A stretch of DNA of 64,000 bases from an uncultured bacterium (GTDB lineage Bacteria; Bacillota_I; Bacilli_A; RFN20; CAG-826). Each line of letters opens with the position of its first letter. Within the stretch, counting starts at the first letter, position 1. The DNA lies in the NCBI GenBank assembly GCA_949299395.1, contig CASGAB010000002.1, forward strand, positions 113,051-177,050, in the 5' to 3' direction. This document shows positions 1 to 9,619 of this stretch, piece after piece. The notes beneath the pieces were generated by a model. That model was not told where the DNA came from. It saw only the letters and a list, made by a program, of their open reading frames with translations, and did no database searches. The position numbers were made by a program, and so were the translations under genes.

Positions 1-20
1 TAAATACGAGGTTAAAGAAA

Positions 21-1649
21 ATGATTAAAAAAATATTTGAAAACACATATCGAATTAATGAATGGGGACCATTTGGAAATGTTAAAACTTATCTTTTGGT
101 AGGCCAAGAAAAAGCTCTGTTAATCGATTCTGGTTATGGCAAAGAAGATTTAGCTAAAGAAGTAAGAAAAATAACCGATAAACCAGTGGTGGTTTTCTTA
201 ACTCACGGACATTTAGATCATGCGAATGGTGCCTATAGATTTGAAGATGTTTATTTGCACCCAAATGATGAAATTATTTATAAAAGCCACTTAAATCCTG
301 ATTTTGTTCATCAATATTTTAAAAACTTAGACATTCCCCAAGTCACCACGAAGGAAATCCCTATTGGTGAATACGATTTAGGCGGAAGAGTTGTTAAAGT
401 CATTCATACTCCTGGCCATACATTAGGTTCGATTAGTGTATTAGACCCATTTAGTGGAATTGCTTTTGTGGGTGACTTTATTAACCCATGGGATACTTGG
501 CTTGGACTAGATGAATCCACTAGTGTGGAAGAATATTTAAACACCCTTAAATATTTCAAACAAGAAATAACAAATTGTGGAATAAACAAACTATATTCTG
601 GCCACAATGAATTGGCGATGTCGACAAAATATATTGATAATTATATAACTTTGTGTCGCCAAATCATTAGTGGTGACATCACCAAAGCCAAAAAGAAAGA
701 CAAAGGCATTTGCAAAGGGTATTGTTCAAAATACAGAAGAGCAAAACTTATTTATAAACGAGACAATCCTCAAATAAATAAAAGAAGAAGGAGAAAACAG
801 CGCATGATATTAGGTTTTTCAATTGCTGGAGGTGTCATTTTGTCTCTTGGTTTAGTTGCTTTTATTTGCCTTGCTCATTTTGTTGGCTTTCCAAAATGTG
901 TTGGGGAAAAGGAATATAGATATAACGAAATTGAAATACATGTTGAACATGATGATATTAATTTGTTTGGCAAAGCTTTAATCCCGCAAGGAAGTGAAAG
1001 CAAATACCCGTTAGTGATATACGCTCATGGGGCGGAATCATCATACAATTCTGACTATACAACACTTAAATCACTAGCAATGTCAGGTATTGCTACTTAT
1101 TCGTTTGATTTCTATGGATGGAGTAAAAGAACAACCGGACCAAAAGCGGGTGACTGGTTTAAAGGAGCGCCTCGCGGTGTAGATGACGCCTATGAAAAAC
1201 AAGTTTTAGAACAAGTTAAAGACTTAAATGCCGTCATCGAAAAATGTAAAACTTTTGATTTTGTGGATGTTAATAACATTTATTTATTAAGAAGTAGCAT
1301 GGGTGGGGCAACGGCCGCAACATGCGCAGTCACTCATTCAGATGATATTAGAGCGATGATTCTTCAATATCCAGCAATTAATCTTAATCCAGATGCTATG
1401 GTTGATGGAGCGGATTTAGATGTCAATAAATACACTAGAGATGTATTGATTTTACAAGGCAATAAAGACGTTATTGTTCCATTAAGTATGTCTGAATCTT
1501 TACTCACGCATTATAACAAATTAAGAAGCGACCACGCTCAAATGATTATTTATGATGGAGAACCTCATGTTTTTAGAGGCAAATATAAAGTGGTTGCCGC
1601 TTCTGATATTTATAAATTCATTCAAAAGGAGAATGCCAGTAATGAATAA
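21..1649 (+). CDS. Two-domain hydrolase. N-terminal MBL-fold metallo-hydrolase (THGHLDH motif), a basic K/R-rich linker, one TM helix, then a C-terminal alpha/beta hydrolase (dienelactone-hydrolase/S9-like, nucleophile elbow SSMGG).
   Basis: Uninterrupted 542-aa ORF. HxHxDH motif, a later HTPGH motif, a hydrophobic 25-aa segment after a KRRRRKQR stretch, and the C-terminal domain with YAHG...SSMGG...D...H spacing. Confidence 0.6.
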   Translation: MIKKIFENTYRINEWGPFGNVKTYLLVGQEKALLIDSGYGKEDLAKEVRKITDKPVVVFLTHGHLDHANGAYRFEDVYLHPNDEIIYKSHLNPDFVHQYFKNLDIPQVTTKEIPIGEYDLGGRVVKVIHTPGHTLGSISVLDPFSGIAFVGDFINPWDTWLGLDESTSVEEYLNTLKYFKQEITNCGINKLYSGHNELAMSTKYIDNYITLCRQIISGDITKAKKKDKGICKGYCSKYRRAKLIYKRDNPQINKRRRRKQRMILGFSIAGGVILSLGLVAFICLAHFVGFPKCVGEKEYRYNEIEIHVEHDDINLFGKALIPQGSESKYPLVIYAHGAESSYNSDYTTLKSLAMSGIATYSFDFYGWSKRTTGPKAGDWFKGAPRGVDDAYEKQVLEQVKDLNAVIEKCKTFDFVDVNNIYLLRSSMGGATAATCAVTHSDDIRAMILQYPAINLNPDAMVDGADLDVNKYTRDVLILQGNKDVIVPLSMSESLLTHYNKLRSDHAQMIIYDGEPHVFRGKYKVVAASDIYKFIQKENASNE

Positions 1650-2703
1650 CTGCATTTATCCAGGACAAATCTTATTAGATAATAACAACAAAAGAGTGCA
1701 AGCCCATGGGGGCAGCCTATTCTTTGAGAATGGTATTTATTATTTCTATGGTGAAAATAAAGAATTCACGACTGGAAAAAATAAGATTTGGACTGCTGGA
1801 GTCAAATATTATTCATCAACTGATTTATACAATTGGAAAGATGAAGGATTCCTTATTGAACCTAGTGAAGATAAAAATTCTATATTACATCCTTCACATT
1901 GTTTAGATAGACCACATATTGTTAAAAACAATAAGACAGGTAAATACGTTTGTTATTTAAAATTTTCTCATCCCAAAAAAGAATCGTTTTTTGTGGTTTT
2001 AGTGGCTGATAGATTTATTGGACCATATTCAATTGTTAAAAACGAATATCGACCATTCAATTTATTAGTGGGAGACTTCGATATTTATATCGATAAAAAC
2101 AATGACGCTTACCTATATTTTTCTAATATGAAAGACGGCATAGTGGCCATGAAATTAAGTGACGATTATTTAGATGTCGTTGGTGAATATAAAAGATATT
2201 ACGTGGGTCTAAATTTTCCGTTTGCTAGAGAAGGTGTTGCTGTTTTTGAACATGATAACAAACTCTATATGATCACAAGTGGGATGACAGGATATGTGCC
2301 TAATCAATCAAAAATTGCTCTATTGAAATCACCTTTAGGTGAATTAGTTGAATTAGGGGACCCTGCGATTGACGACCCCACTAATACGACCTTCCATAGT
2401 CAAATATCTACAGTCTTTAAAGATCCTAAAACCGGAACTTATATTTCACTGGCAGACCGATGGATCCCATCATTAAAATTCACTCCAAAAAAGAGCGAGA
2501 GAATGATAAGAGCGGCTGCTTCCACGAATGACAAAAACTATAAAGCAAATATATTTGAATTAGCAACTTTAGGTTTTATTCCTTTTAATTGTGCGAAAGT
2601 AAATACTTCAGTTGCAGATTATGTGTGGCTACCAATTAATTTTGATGGCGAGTTTCCGCAAATTAGATGGCTGGATAGTTGGACATTAGAGGAGGAAAAA
2701 TAA
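1642..2703 (+). CDS. Beta-propeller glycoside hydrolase, GH43-like (family assignment tentative), linked to the rhamnose genes.
   Basis: Long ORF; aaggag RBS 10 nt upstream of ATG 1642; 8-nt overlap with the upstream stop. GH43-like N-terminal blade (AHGGSLFFENGIYYFYGE), but no clear catalytic Asp. Confidence 0.45.
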   Translation: MNNCIYPGQILLDNNNKRVQAHGGSLFFENGIYYFYGENKEFTTGKNKIWTAGVKYYSSTDLYNWKDEGFLIEPSEDKNSILHPSHCLDRPHIVKNNKTGKYVCYLKFSHPKKESFFVVLVADRFIGPYSIVKNEYRPFNLLVGDFDIYIDKNNDAYLYFSNMKDGIVAMKLSDDYLDVVGEYKRYYVGLNFPFAREGVAVFEHDNKLYMITSGMTGYVPNQSKIALLKSPLGELVELGDPAIDDPTNTTFHSQISTVFKDPKTGTYISLADRWIPSLKFTPKKSERMIRAAASTNDKNYKANIFELATLGFIPFNCAKVNTSVADYVWLPINFDGEFPQIRWLDSWTLEEEK

Positions 2704-2704
2704 A

Positions 2705-3520
2705 ATGAATTTTATTGAATCAAAATTTGTTAAAGAAGTTAGTGAAATCACTAACAATATGTATCATCAAGGATGGGATGAAAGGAATGGTGGTAACATC
2801 TCTTATTTAATTGATGAAGAATTTGTAAGAGAATATTTCCCAAAAGATGAATTTATTAGGGATATTGAATTAGGATTTACCGCTGATGAAGTATTAAGAA
2901 ATAAATATTTCTTAGTTACTGGAACAGGTAAATATTTTAAGAATGTTATTAAAGATCCAGAAACAAATTTAGGATTAGTTAAAATAGACACTAATGGTCA
3001 TACCGCTCATTTATTATGGGGATATAGAGATAGTGGTCGTATGACTAGCGAATTCCCTGCTCATTTAATGAGTCACGCTGTTAGATTAAAAGTCAATCCA
3101 AACAATAGAGTAATTATGCACACTCACCCAACATACACAATTTGTATGGGTGCTTGTTTACCAACTGATGAAGTAATCTTCACAAGAAAATTATGGAAAT
3201 CAAATACAGAAGCAGTCGTTGTTTTTCCTGAAGGTGTAGGCGTTTTACCTTGTATGGTATGTGGCACAACTGAAATTGGTGAAGCAACTGCAGAAAAGAT
3301 GAAAGAACATAGAATTGTCACTTGGACGAACCATGGTATTTATGGAGCGGGCAATGATATCGATGAAGCCTTTGGTTTAATTGAAACAGTGGAAAAAACC
3401 GCTCAAATATATATGTTAACTCTTGGCCATGTCGTTAATGAGATTCCTGATGAAGTGATTATTGGTTTAGCCAAATTATGGAATTTAAAAATGATGCCTG
3501 GAGTCATCGAGGAGAAATAA
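2705..3520 (+). CDS. rhaD: Rhamnulose-1-phosphate aldolase (class II aldolase/adducin family).
   Basis: 271 aa; strong resemblance along its length to E. coli RhaD (GWDERNGGN, FxVTGTGKYF, VIMHTHP, VVFPEGVG). Confidence 0.85.
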   Translation: MNFIESKFVKEVSEITNNMYHQGWDERNGGNISYLIDEEFVREYFPKDEFIRDIELGFTADEVLRNKYFLVTGTGKYFKNVIKDPETNLGLVKIDTNGHTAHLLWGYRDSGRMTSEFPAHLMSHAVRLKVNPNNRVIMHTHPTYTICMGACLPTDEVIFTRKLWKSNTEAVVVFPEGVGVLPCMVCGTTEIGEATAEKMKEHRIVTWTNHGIYGAGNDIDEAFGLIETVEKTAQIYMLTLGHVVNEIPDEVIIGLAKLWNLKMMPGVIEEK

Positions 3521-4824
3521 TGAAATACTATCTTGCGATAGATTTGGGTGCGACCTCCGGCAGACATGTGATTGGCTTTCAGAATGGTGGAAAAATCATC
3601 CTAAAAGAGATTCATCGATTTAAAACTCAAATGGACGATTCTCCAGATGGTTTAGTTTGGGATCTTCCGCGCATCTATAACGAGATCAAATTTGGTATTA
3701 AAAAAGCGTTTGAAGAGTACCCAGTTATCGAGTCAATTTCTATCGATACTTGGGGAGTTGATTATGTCCTCATAAACGGAGATAAAGAGATTCCTCCATA
3801 TTATGCATATAGGAATGAAAGATGCCAAAAAAGTGCGCAAAAAGTCCATAAAATCGTGAATTTTGACGATATTTATATAAAAACTGGTATTCAATTCGCT
3901 GCCTTTAATACCTTATATCAACTCTTTGATGATAAAGAAAAAGGCAGATTGGTTGAAGCCACCGATTACTTGATGTTACCAAGCTATTTCACATTTAAAC
4001 TCACTGGAGTTAAGACCCATGAATATACAAATGAATCTACTGGTAGTTTATTAAACGCAAAAACTGGTGAATATGATTATGAACTATTAGATAGATTAGG
4101 ACTTCCAAGAAAACTATTTGGAGAGATTAGAAAGCCAGGAGTTGTAGTGGGAGAGTTGCTTCCAGAGATTCAAAAAGAAGTTGTAGGCAATTCAAAAGTG
4201 ATCTTATGCGCATCACATGATACAGGAAGTGCGTTTGAATCAGTGAATATTGATGATGATTCAATAATCCTCAGTAGTGGAACTTGGTCATTATTAGGAA
4301 TCAAAACCAATGGACCAATTATCTCTAATGAATCACTTGAAGCAAATTACACGAACGAAGGAGGAGTGGGATACATCAGATTCCTCAAGAACATCATGGG
4401 AATGTACCTCGCTAATCGAGTGATAGACGAAACTGGATTAGATTTCAAAACGCTTGATAGCCTCATCTTCGATAGTGATTATAAAGAAACCTTCGATATT
4501 CATGATAGTGGTTTGAATGCTCCTAAAAAGATGAAAAAAGCGATATTGGAGTTATTAAAGAAGAATCCTCCTAAAAACGACATTGATTTATTCGCCTCAA
4601 TATATCGATCTCAAGCGGTGTGCTATAAGAAAGCAATTGATGAACTAGAGAAAATAACAAAGAAGAAATATAAAAAGATTTACATTATTGGAGGAGGAGC
4701 TAGAAACCTCTTCCTCAACCACATGGTTAAAGAATATACAGGATTAAAAGTTATCCCAATGCCAATTGAAGCAACGGCATTAGGAAACATATTAGTACAA
4801 ATGAAAGCGAGCAAAGAATTATGA
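3520..4824 (+). CDS. rhaB: Rhamnulokinase (FGGY carbohydrate kinase).
   Basis: Start ATG overlaps the rhaD stop (TAATG), with GGAG upstream. N-terminal AIDLGATSGR, FGGY-like length; TGA stop overlapping the rhaA ATG. Confidence 0.8.
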   Translation: MKYYLAIDLGATSGRHVIGFQNGGKIILKEIHRFKTQMDDSPDGLVWDLPRIYNEIKFGIKKAFEEYPVIESISIDTWGVDYVLINGDKEIPPYYAYRNERCQKSAQKVHKIVNFDDIYIKTGIQFAAFNTLYQLFDDKEKGRLVEATDYLMLPSYFTFKLTGVKTHEYTNESTGSLLNAKTGEYDYELLDRLGLPRKLFGEIRKPGVVVGELLPEIQKEVVGNSKVILCASHDTGSAFESVNIDDDSIILSSGTWSLLGIKTNGPIISNESLEANYTNEGGVGYIRFLKNIMGMYLANRVIDETGLDFKTLDSLIFDSDYKETFDIHDSGLNAPKKMKKAILELLKKNPPKNDIDLFASIYRSQAVCYKKAIDELEKITKKKYKKIYIIGGGARNLFLNHMVKEYTGLKVIPMPIEATALGNILVQMKASKEL

Positions 4825-6053
4825 GAAAAGAAGTGAAAGAAATTTATGCATCCTACGGAGTGGATGTCTCTAAAGCCCTTAAAGAATTAGCAAAAACCAA
4901 AATCTCTTTACATTGTTGGCAACTTGATGATGTAAATGGATTTGAGCAAGAAGGAAGCTTAACCGGTGGTATTCAAACAACCGGAAACTATCCAGGAAAA
5001 GCAAGAAACTTTAAAGAATTAACTCAAGACTTGGATAAGGCTCTTAGTTATATCCCAGGAAGCAAGAAGATTAATCTTCATGCGATTTATCAAACTGGCA
5101 AGATTGTGGAAAGAAATGAAGTCGGAATTGAGCAATTTAAAGATTGGGTTAGCTATGCTAAAGAAAGAGGATTAGGCTTAGACTATAACCCAACTATCTT
5201 TTCTCATCCAATGCTTGTTGATGGTCTATCCTTATCTTCTCCAGATGAAAAAGTAAGAGAATACTGGATTAAACATTGCGTTGAAGGATTAAAGATTACT
5301 GAACATTTTGCTAAAGAAACTGGACAAAAATCTTTAATGAATATCTGGATTCCTGATGGTTTAAAGGATGTTCCTGCGGATAGACTAGGCCCTAGAAAAA
5401 GATTAAAAGATTCTTTAGACAAGATTCTTGCCGGATATAAATATGATAAAAAAGTCATGGACGTCTCTGTCGAAAGTAAGGTATTCGGCATTGGGGTGGA
5501 AAGCTACACTGTTGGCAGTAATGAATTCTATTTGAACTACGCTGCTAGTAGACATATTTGTTGTTTATTAGACACTGGGCACTTTCATCCAACTGAAAAT
5601 GTTGCTGATAAGATTTCTAGTATGTTCTGTTATTACGATAAGTTAGCGTTCCATGTTTCTAGACCAGTGAGATGGGATAGTGATCATGTTTTAAAGCTTA
5701 ATGATGATCTTCAAGATGTTGCAGACGAACTCGTTAAATGTGATGGCTTACAAAGAAGCTATATTGGATTAGATTATTTTGATGCTTCTATTAATAGAAT
5801 TGCGGCGATGGTTATCGGGGCAAGAAATATGGAGAAAGCTCTTCTTAGAGCGTTATTAACTCCATGGAATTTATTAAAAAAAGCTCAAGATAATTACGAT
5901 CACACCAAAGTTCTTGCTTTGCAAGAGGAATTAAAAACACTGCCTTGGGGTGAAGTTTGGGACGAATATATTAAACGCCAAGGAATGGTCAGTGATGCTC
6001 AAATGTTTGAAGAAGTAAGAGTGTACGAAAAAGAAGTTTTGTCTAAACGATAA
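4821..6053 (+). CDS. rhaA: L-rhamnose isomerase.
   Basis: 410 aa; matches the E. coli RhaA N-terminus (SLHCWQxDDVxGFE, GGIQTTGNYPGKARN). Confidence 0.85.
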   Translation: MRKEVKEIYASYGVDVSKALKELAKTKISLHCWQLDDVNGFEQEGSLTGGIQTTGNYPGKARNFKELTQDLDKALSYIPGSKKINLHAIYQTGKIVERNEVGIEQFKDWVSYAKERGLGLDYNPTIFSHPMLVDGLSLSSPDEKVREYWIKHCVEGLKITEHFAKETGQKSLMNIWIPDGLKDVPADRLGPRKRLKDSLDKILAGYKYDKKVMDVSVESKVFGIGVESYTVGSNEFYLNYAASRHICCLLDTGHFHPTENVADKISSMFCYYDKLAFHVSRPVRWDSDHVLKLNDDLQDVADELVKCDGLQRSYIGLDYFDASINRIAAMVIGARNMEKALLRALLTPWNLLKKAQDNYDHTKVLALQEELKTLPWGEVWDEYIKRQGMVSDAQMFEEVRVYEKEVLSKR

Positions 6054-6065
6054 TTAAAAATATTA

Positions 6066-6204
6066 AACCTCGTGTCCGTCCAGATTTTTCACGGGGTTTT
6101 TATGTGTCCAGTTACAAATTGATTAAAGTCGTATTCACAAGACCAAATATAGCAAATAATGTTTAAGAATAAAAAAACACGCACTTTTATGTACGTGTCT
6201 AGAC
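6066..6204. repeat. Copy A of a ~140-bp direct repeat (CCTCGTGTCCGTCCAG ... AAAAACACGcACTTTTAtgTACGTGT hairpin).
   Basis: Both ends match copy B at 6568-6712 directly; the middle diverges. Confidence 0.6.
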
Positions 6205-6420
6205 AATCAATGTACCTTCCCCATTTCTTTTGCCCAATGGGTATTAACTCTTGCCTACATTAAACTAGATTACAATTATTTTGTAAAGATAATCGATATC
6301 GATATGGACTCATGCCTTAACATGAAATGTCGCAGAATAAAATTTTATAGTTTGGGTTTTGTGTGGTTTTGATAGAAAAAATGCTTTAAAAAACTTCAAC
6401 ATCTAGTGGGGTCAAAAAAT

Positions 6421-6456
6421 AAAAAGATTGGAAGACCGAAATACCAATCCTTTTTA
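6421..6456. terminator. Hairpin GATTGG-N12-CCAATC flanked by an A-run and a T-run (bidirectional terminator-like) in the middle of the noncoding region.
   Basis: Seen in sequence. Confidence 0.35.
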
Positions 6457-6567
6457 TATGGTAATTATTTGTTCCTGTTTCGATTGATATAAAGGACTAT
6501 TTTTCTCATCCTTTCAAACACATGTCAATGTCACTCCCAAAACCAACATTATCATTATGGCGTTTAC

Positions 6568-6712
6568 AACCCTCGTGTCTGTCCAGTTTTAATAAGGGGT
6601 TTAAAGAGTAACCCTATATGACTCTCAACCAGGTGGAATAAAAATACTAAATATATTAAAAATCTTCAAAAAAGTAATAAAAAACACGTATTTTTACGTA
6701 CGTGTTTCGACA
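6568..6712. repeat. Copy B of the ~140-bp direct repeat. It ends in a perfect 9-bp hairpin (AAACACGTA/TACGTGTTT) that acts as a minus-strand terminator for tRNA-Ser.
   Basis: Direct comparison with copy A. The hairpin at 6682-6707 is followed by a T-run on the minus strand. Confidence 0.6.
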
Positions 6713-6720
6713 TTTAATCG

Positions 6721-6809
6721 TGGCGGAGAAAAGGGGATTTGAACCCCTGCGCCTGTTACAGCCTACGAGCTTTCCAAGCCCGCCCCTTCAGCCTCTTGGG
6801 TATTTCTCC
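6721..6809 (-). tRNA. tRNA-Ser (anticodon GGA), long variable arm, CCA encoded.
   Basis: Reverse complement folds as a cloverleaf: acceptor GGAGAAA/TTTCTCC, anticodon stem CGGGC/GCTCG with loop TTGGAAA, T-arm AGGGG-TTCAAAT-CCCCT. Confidence 0.85.
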
Positions 6810-6880
6810 ATCTTTTATTTGTATAAGCTCTTTTAAAGCCTTATTATTTTATCATTAGGGTAATATAAAGTCACTTAAAA

Positions 6881-7852
6881 ATGAAAGAATTTGTAATAAC
6901 ACATAATGATAAAAATCAACGAGTTGATAAGTTTGTAAAAAAATATTTAAAGAATGCTCCGTTATCTTTTATTTATAAAACTTTCCGTAAAAAAGATATT
7001 AAAGTTAATGGAAAATGGGTAAAAGAGAACTACATTTTAAATGAAAATGACGTTTTGAGAATCTATATTAGCGATGAAAAAATCGCCGAATTTTTAAGTG
7101 ATAGTTTTGAAAATATTAAATATAATTTTGAAATTATTTATGAAGATCAAAATATCTTAATAATAAATAAAGATAGAGGAATCTTAATTCATGGCGATAA
7201 TAATGAGAAAAAATATACTTTATCAAATGAAGTTTTATCTTATTTAATAGATAAGGGTGAATATTCTCCTCGAAATGATAACTTTATTCCTTCTCCAATT
7301 CATCGACTTGACCGAAATACATCTGGATTAATAATTTTTGCTAAAAATTTAATGGCTTTTAAAGAAGGAAGCGACTTATTTAAAAATAAGATAGAGATAG
7401 AAAAGCATTATCTTGCTTTAGTTTTTGGTGAAACTAAAGAAAAAGGCGAAATTAATGCCCCTTTATTAAAAAATAGTAAGACAAATACCGTCAAAGTTGA
7501 TTATCAAAATGGTAAAGATTCATTAACAAAATATGAAAAAATCGCTGGAAATAATAAATATTCATTATTAAATGTAAATTTAATTACTGGAAGAACTCAT
7601 CAAATTAGAGTTCATTTAGCTTATATTCATTATCCAATTGTTGGGGATGAAAAGTATGGAAATTTTGTATTAAATAAAGATTTTAATAAAGAATTTAAAT
7701 ATGAAAAACAATTTTTACATGCGTATTCTTTAACTTTTAAAGATATAAAAGGTGAACTTTCTTATTTATCAAATAAAACCTTTTATGCGCCGCTTAAAAA
7801 GGATGAAAAGAATATATTAAATAATTTGAATTTTAATATAGAAAAAAATTAA
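6881..7852 (+). CDS. RluA-family 23S rRNA pseudouridine synthase (RluD/RluC-like, with an N-terminal S4 domain).
   Basis: HRLDRNTSGLIIFAKN catalytic motif; 323 aa. Confidence 0.8.
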   Translation: MKEFVITHNDKNQRVDKFVKKYLKNAPLSFIYKTFRKKDIKVNGKWVKENYILNENDVLRIYISDEKIAEFLSDSFENIKYNFEIIYEDQNILIINKDRGILIHGDNNEKKYTLSNEVLSYLIDKGEYSPRNDNFIPSPIHRLDRNTSGLIIFAKNLMAFKEGSDLFKNKIEIEKHYLALVFGETKEKGEINAPLLKNSKTNTVKVDYQNGKDSLTKYEKIAGNNKYSLLNVNLITGRTHQIRVHLAYIHYPIVGDEKYGNFVLNKDFNKEFKYEKQFLHAYSLTFKDIKGELSYLSNKTFYAPLKKDEKNILNNLNFNIEKN

Positions 7853-7881
7853 AATATTAATATTAAAAAAAGGAAATTTGT

Positions 7882-9594
7882 ATGAAAGAAATCGTTAAAA
7901 AGAACTTAGAAAGATGGTTAAATTCTTCTCGTGTAAGTGCTGAAGATAAAGCAAAGTTAAATGCAATGAGTGAAGAACAACTTGATGATGCATTTTTTAA
8001 AAATATTGCTTTTGGAACCGCTGGAATTAGAGGAATTTTAGGTCCTGGAACTAATAGAATGAATTATTTTACAGTTTTAAAAGCAACTGTTGGTTTTGGA
8101 CTTTATTTAAAAGAATTATATAAAGATTTAGACTCAATAAGTGTTGCGATTTCTCATGATAATCGTCATTTTAGTAGAGAATTCACATTAGAAAGTGCTG
8201 AAATTTTAAATAAAATGGGAATTAATACTTATATTTTTGATTCATTAAGACCAACCCCAGAACTTTCTTATGCAGTTAGATATAAAAAATGCCAAGGCGG
8301 AATTATGATTACTGCTTCACATAACCCAAAAGAACATAATGGTTATAAAGTTTATGATGAAGAAGGTTGCCAATTAGTTCCTTCAAAAATTAAAAGATTA
8401 ATTGAAATTATCGGCTCTTTAAATGATGAATTAAACGTTGATGTTCCACTTTCTGATAAGCCTGGTAAAAACGAAGTTTTAGGACCAGATGTTGATGAAA
8501 CATATGTAAAAGAAGTAGAAAAAATTGTTATTGATCCTGCTTTAGATAAGAAAAATTTCAAAATTGTTTATTCACCAAATCATGGAACAAGTTTTGTTAA
8601 TGCAATGAAAGTTTTCAAAGATGAAGGTTATGAAGTTTATCCTGTAACTTCTCAATGTCCTCCAGATCCAAACTTTAGTGCTACACTTTCTCCAAATCCA
8701 GAAGATCCTAGAGCATTTATTGAAAGTATTAAATTAGCTAATGAAATTGGTGCTGATCAAATTTGTATGACTGACCCAGATGGAGATAGAGTTGGTTTAG
8801 CAACAAAACTTCCTAATGGCGAATTTGCTTTAATGACTGGAAATGAATCAGCTGCAATTTTACTAGATTACATCCTTATTCATAAAAAAGAAAAAGGCGA
8901 AGATTTATCAAAATATGTTGTTTATAACACAGTTGTTTCTTCAATGTTAGGTAAAGCAATTTGTGATTATTATGGCGTAAGAATCGAATCTTTCTTAACT
9001 GGATTTAAGTATATTGGTGATAGAATTCATCATTATGAAGTTAATGGTGGATATGAATTCTTATTTGGATATGAAGAAAGTTATGGGTGTTTAGCCTCAC
9101 CATTTGTTAGAGATAAAGACGGCATCCAAGCAATCCTTTTATATAGTGAAATGGGTTTAGCATATCATTTAAAAGGAAAGAATTTAGTCGAAGCTTATGA
9201 TGAAATTTGTAATAAGGTTGGAAAATTCTATCATTCAGAATTATTTAATATTTATTTTGAAGGTAGTGAAGGTCAAGCAAAAATGGATTCTATTATGACT
9301 CGACTTGAAACTGACCCATTTAAAGAAATTAATGGTAAAAAAGTTTCTGTTATCGAAAATTATTTCAAATTAACAAGAAAAGATTTATTAACTGGTGAAG
9401 AAACTCCAATTGAAGGATTACCAAAAGGTGATTTAGTTAAGTTCTATTTTGAAGATGGTAGTAATATTGCTATTAGACCAAGTGGAACCGAACCAAAATG
9501 TAAATTCTATATCGAAGTTTGTGCTAAAAATAGAAAAGAAGCAGAAGGAAAACCTGCGGAATTATTTGAAGAATTAAAGAAGAACTTACTCTAA
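7882..9594 (+). CDS. pgcA: Phosphoglucomutase/phosphomannomutase (alpha-D-phosphohexomutase, PgcA-like).
   Basis: TASHNP phosphoserine motif (GGIMITASHNPKEHNGYK); 570 aa, like the B. subtilis PgcA size; aggaa RBS. Confidence 0.8.
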   Translation: MKEIVKKNLERWLNSSRVSAEDKAKLNAMSEEQLDDAFFKNIAFGTAGIRGILGPGTNRMNYFTVLKATVGFGLYLKELYKDLDSISVAISHDNRHFSREFTLESAEILNKMGINTYIFDSLRPTPELSYAVRYKKCQGGIMITASHNPKEHNGYKVYDEEGCQLVPSKIKRLIEIIGSLNDELNVDVPLSDKPGKNEVLGPDVDETYVKEVEKIVIDPALDKKNFKIVYSPNHGTSFVNAMKVFKDEGYEVYPVTSQCPPDPNFSATLSPNPEDPRAFIESIKLANEIGADQICMTDPDGDRVGLATKLPNGEFALMTGNESAAILLDYILIHKKEKGEDLSKYVVYNTVVSSMLGKAICDYYGVRIESFLTGFKYIGDRIHHYEVNGGYEFLFGYEESYGCLASPFVRDKDGIQAILLYSEMGLAYHLKGKNLVEAYDEICNKVGKFYHSELFNIYFEGSEGQAKMDSIMTRLETDPFKEINGKKVSVIENYFKLTRKDLLTGEETPIEGLPKGDLVKFYFEDGSNIAIRPSGTEPKCKFYIEVCAKNRKEAEGKPAELFEELKKNLL

Positions 9595-9619
9595 TATAAA
9601 AAAAGGGATAGGCTAAGAC

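Noticed and set aside
3520-4824. Use of genetic code 4 (TGA = Trp), as in Mycoplasma
   Set aside because: rhaB ends with TGA overlapping the rhaA ATG, Trp is encoded by TGG throughout, and rpoB and rpoC are uninterrupted under code 11.
6721-6809. tmRNA or another ncRNA at the CCA-terminated structure
   Set aside because: It folds as a canonical class II tRNA (Ser, GGA) of 89 nt.
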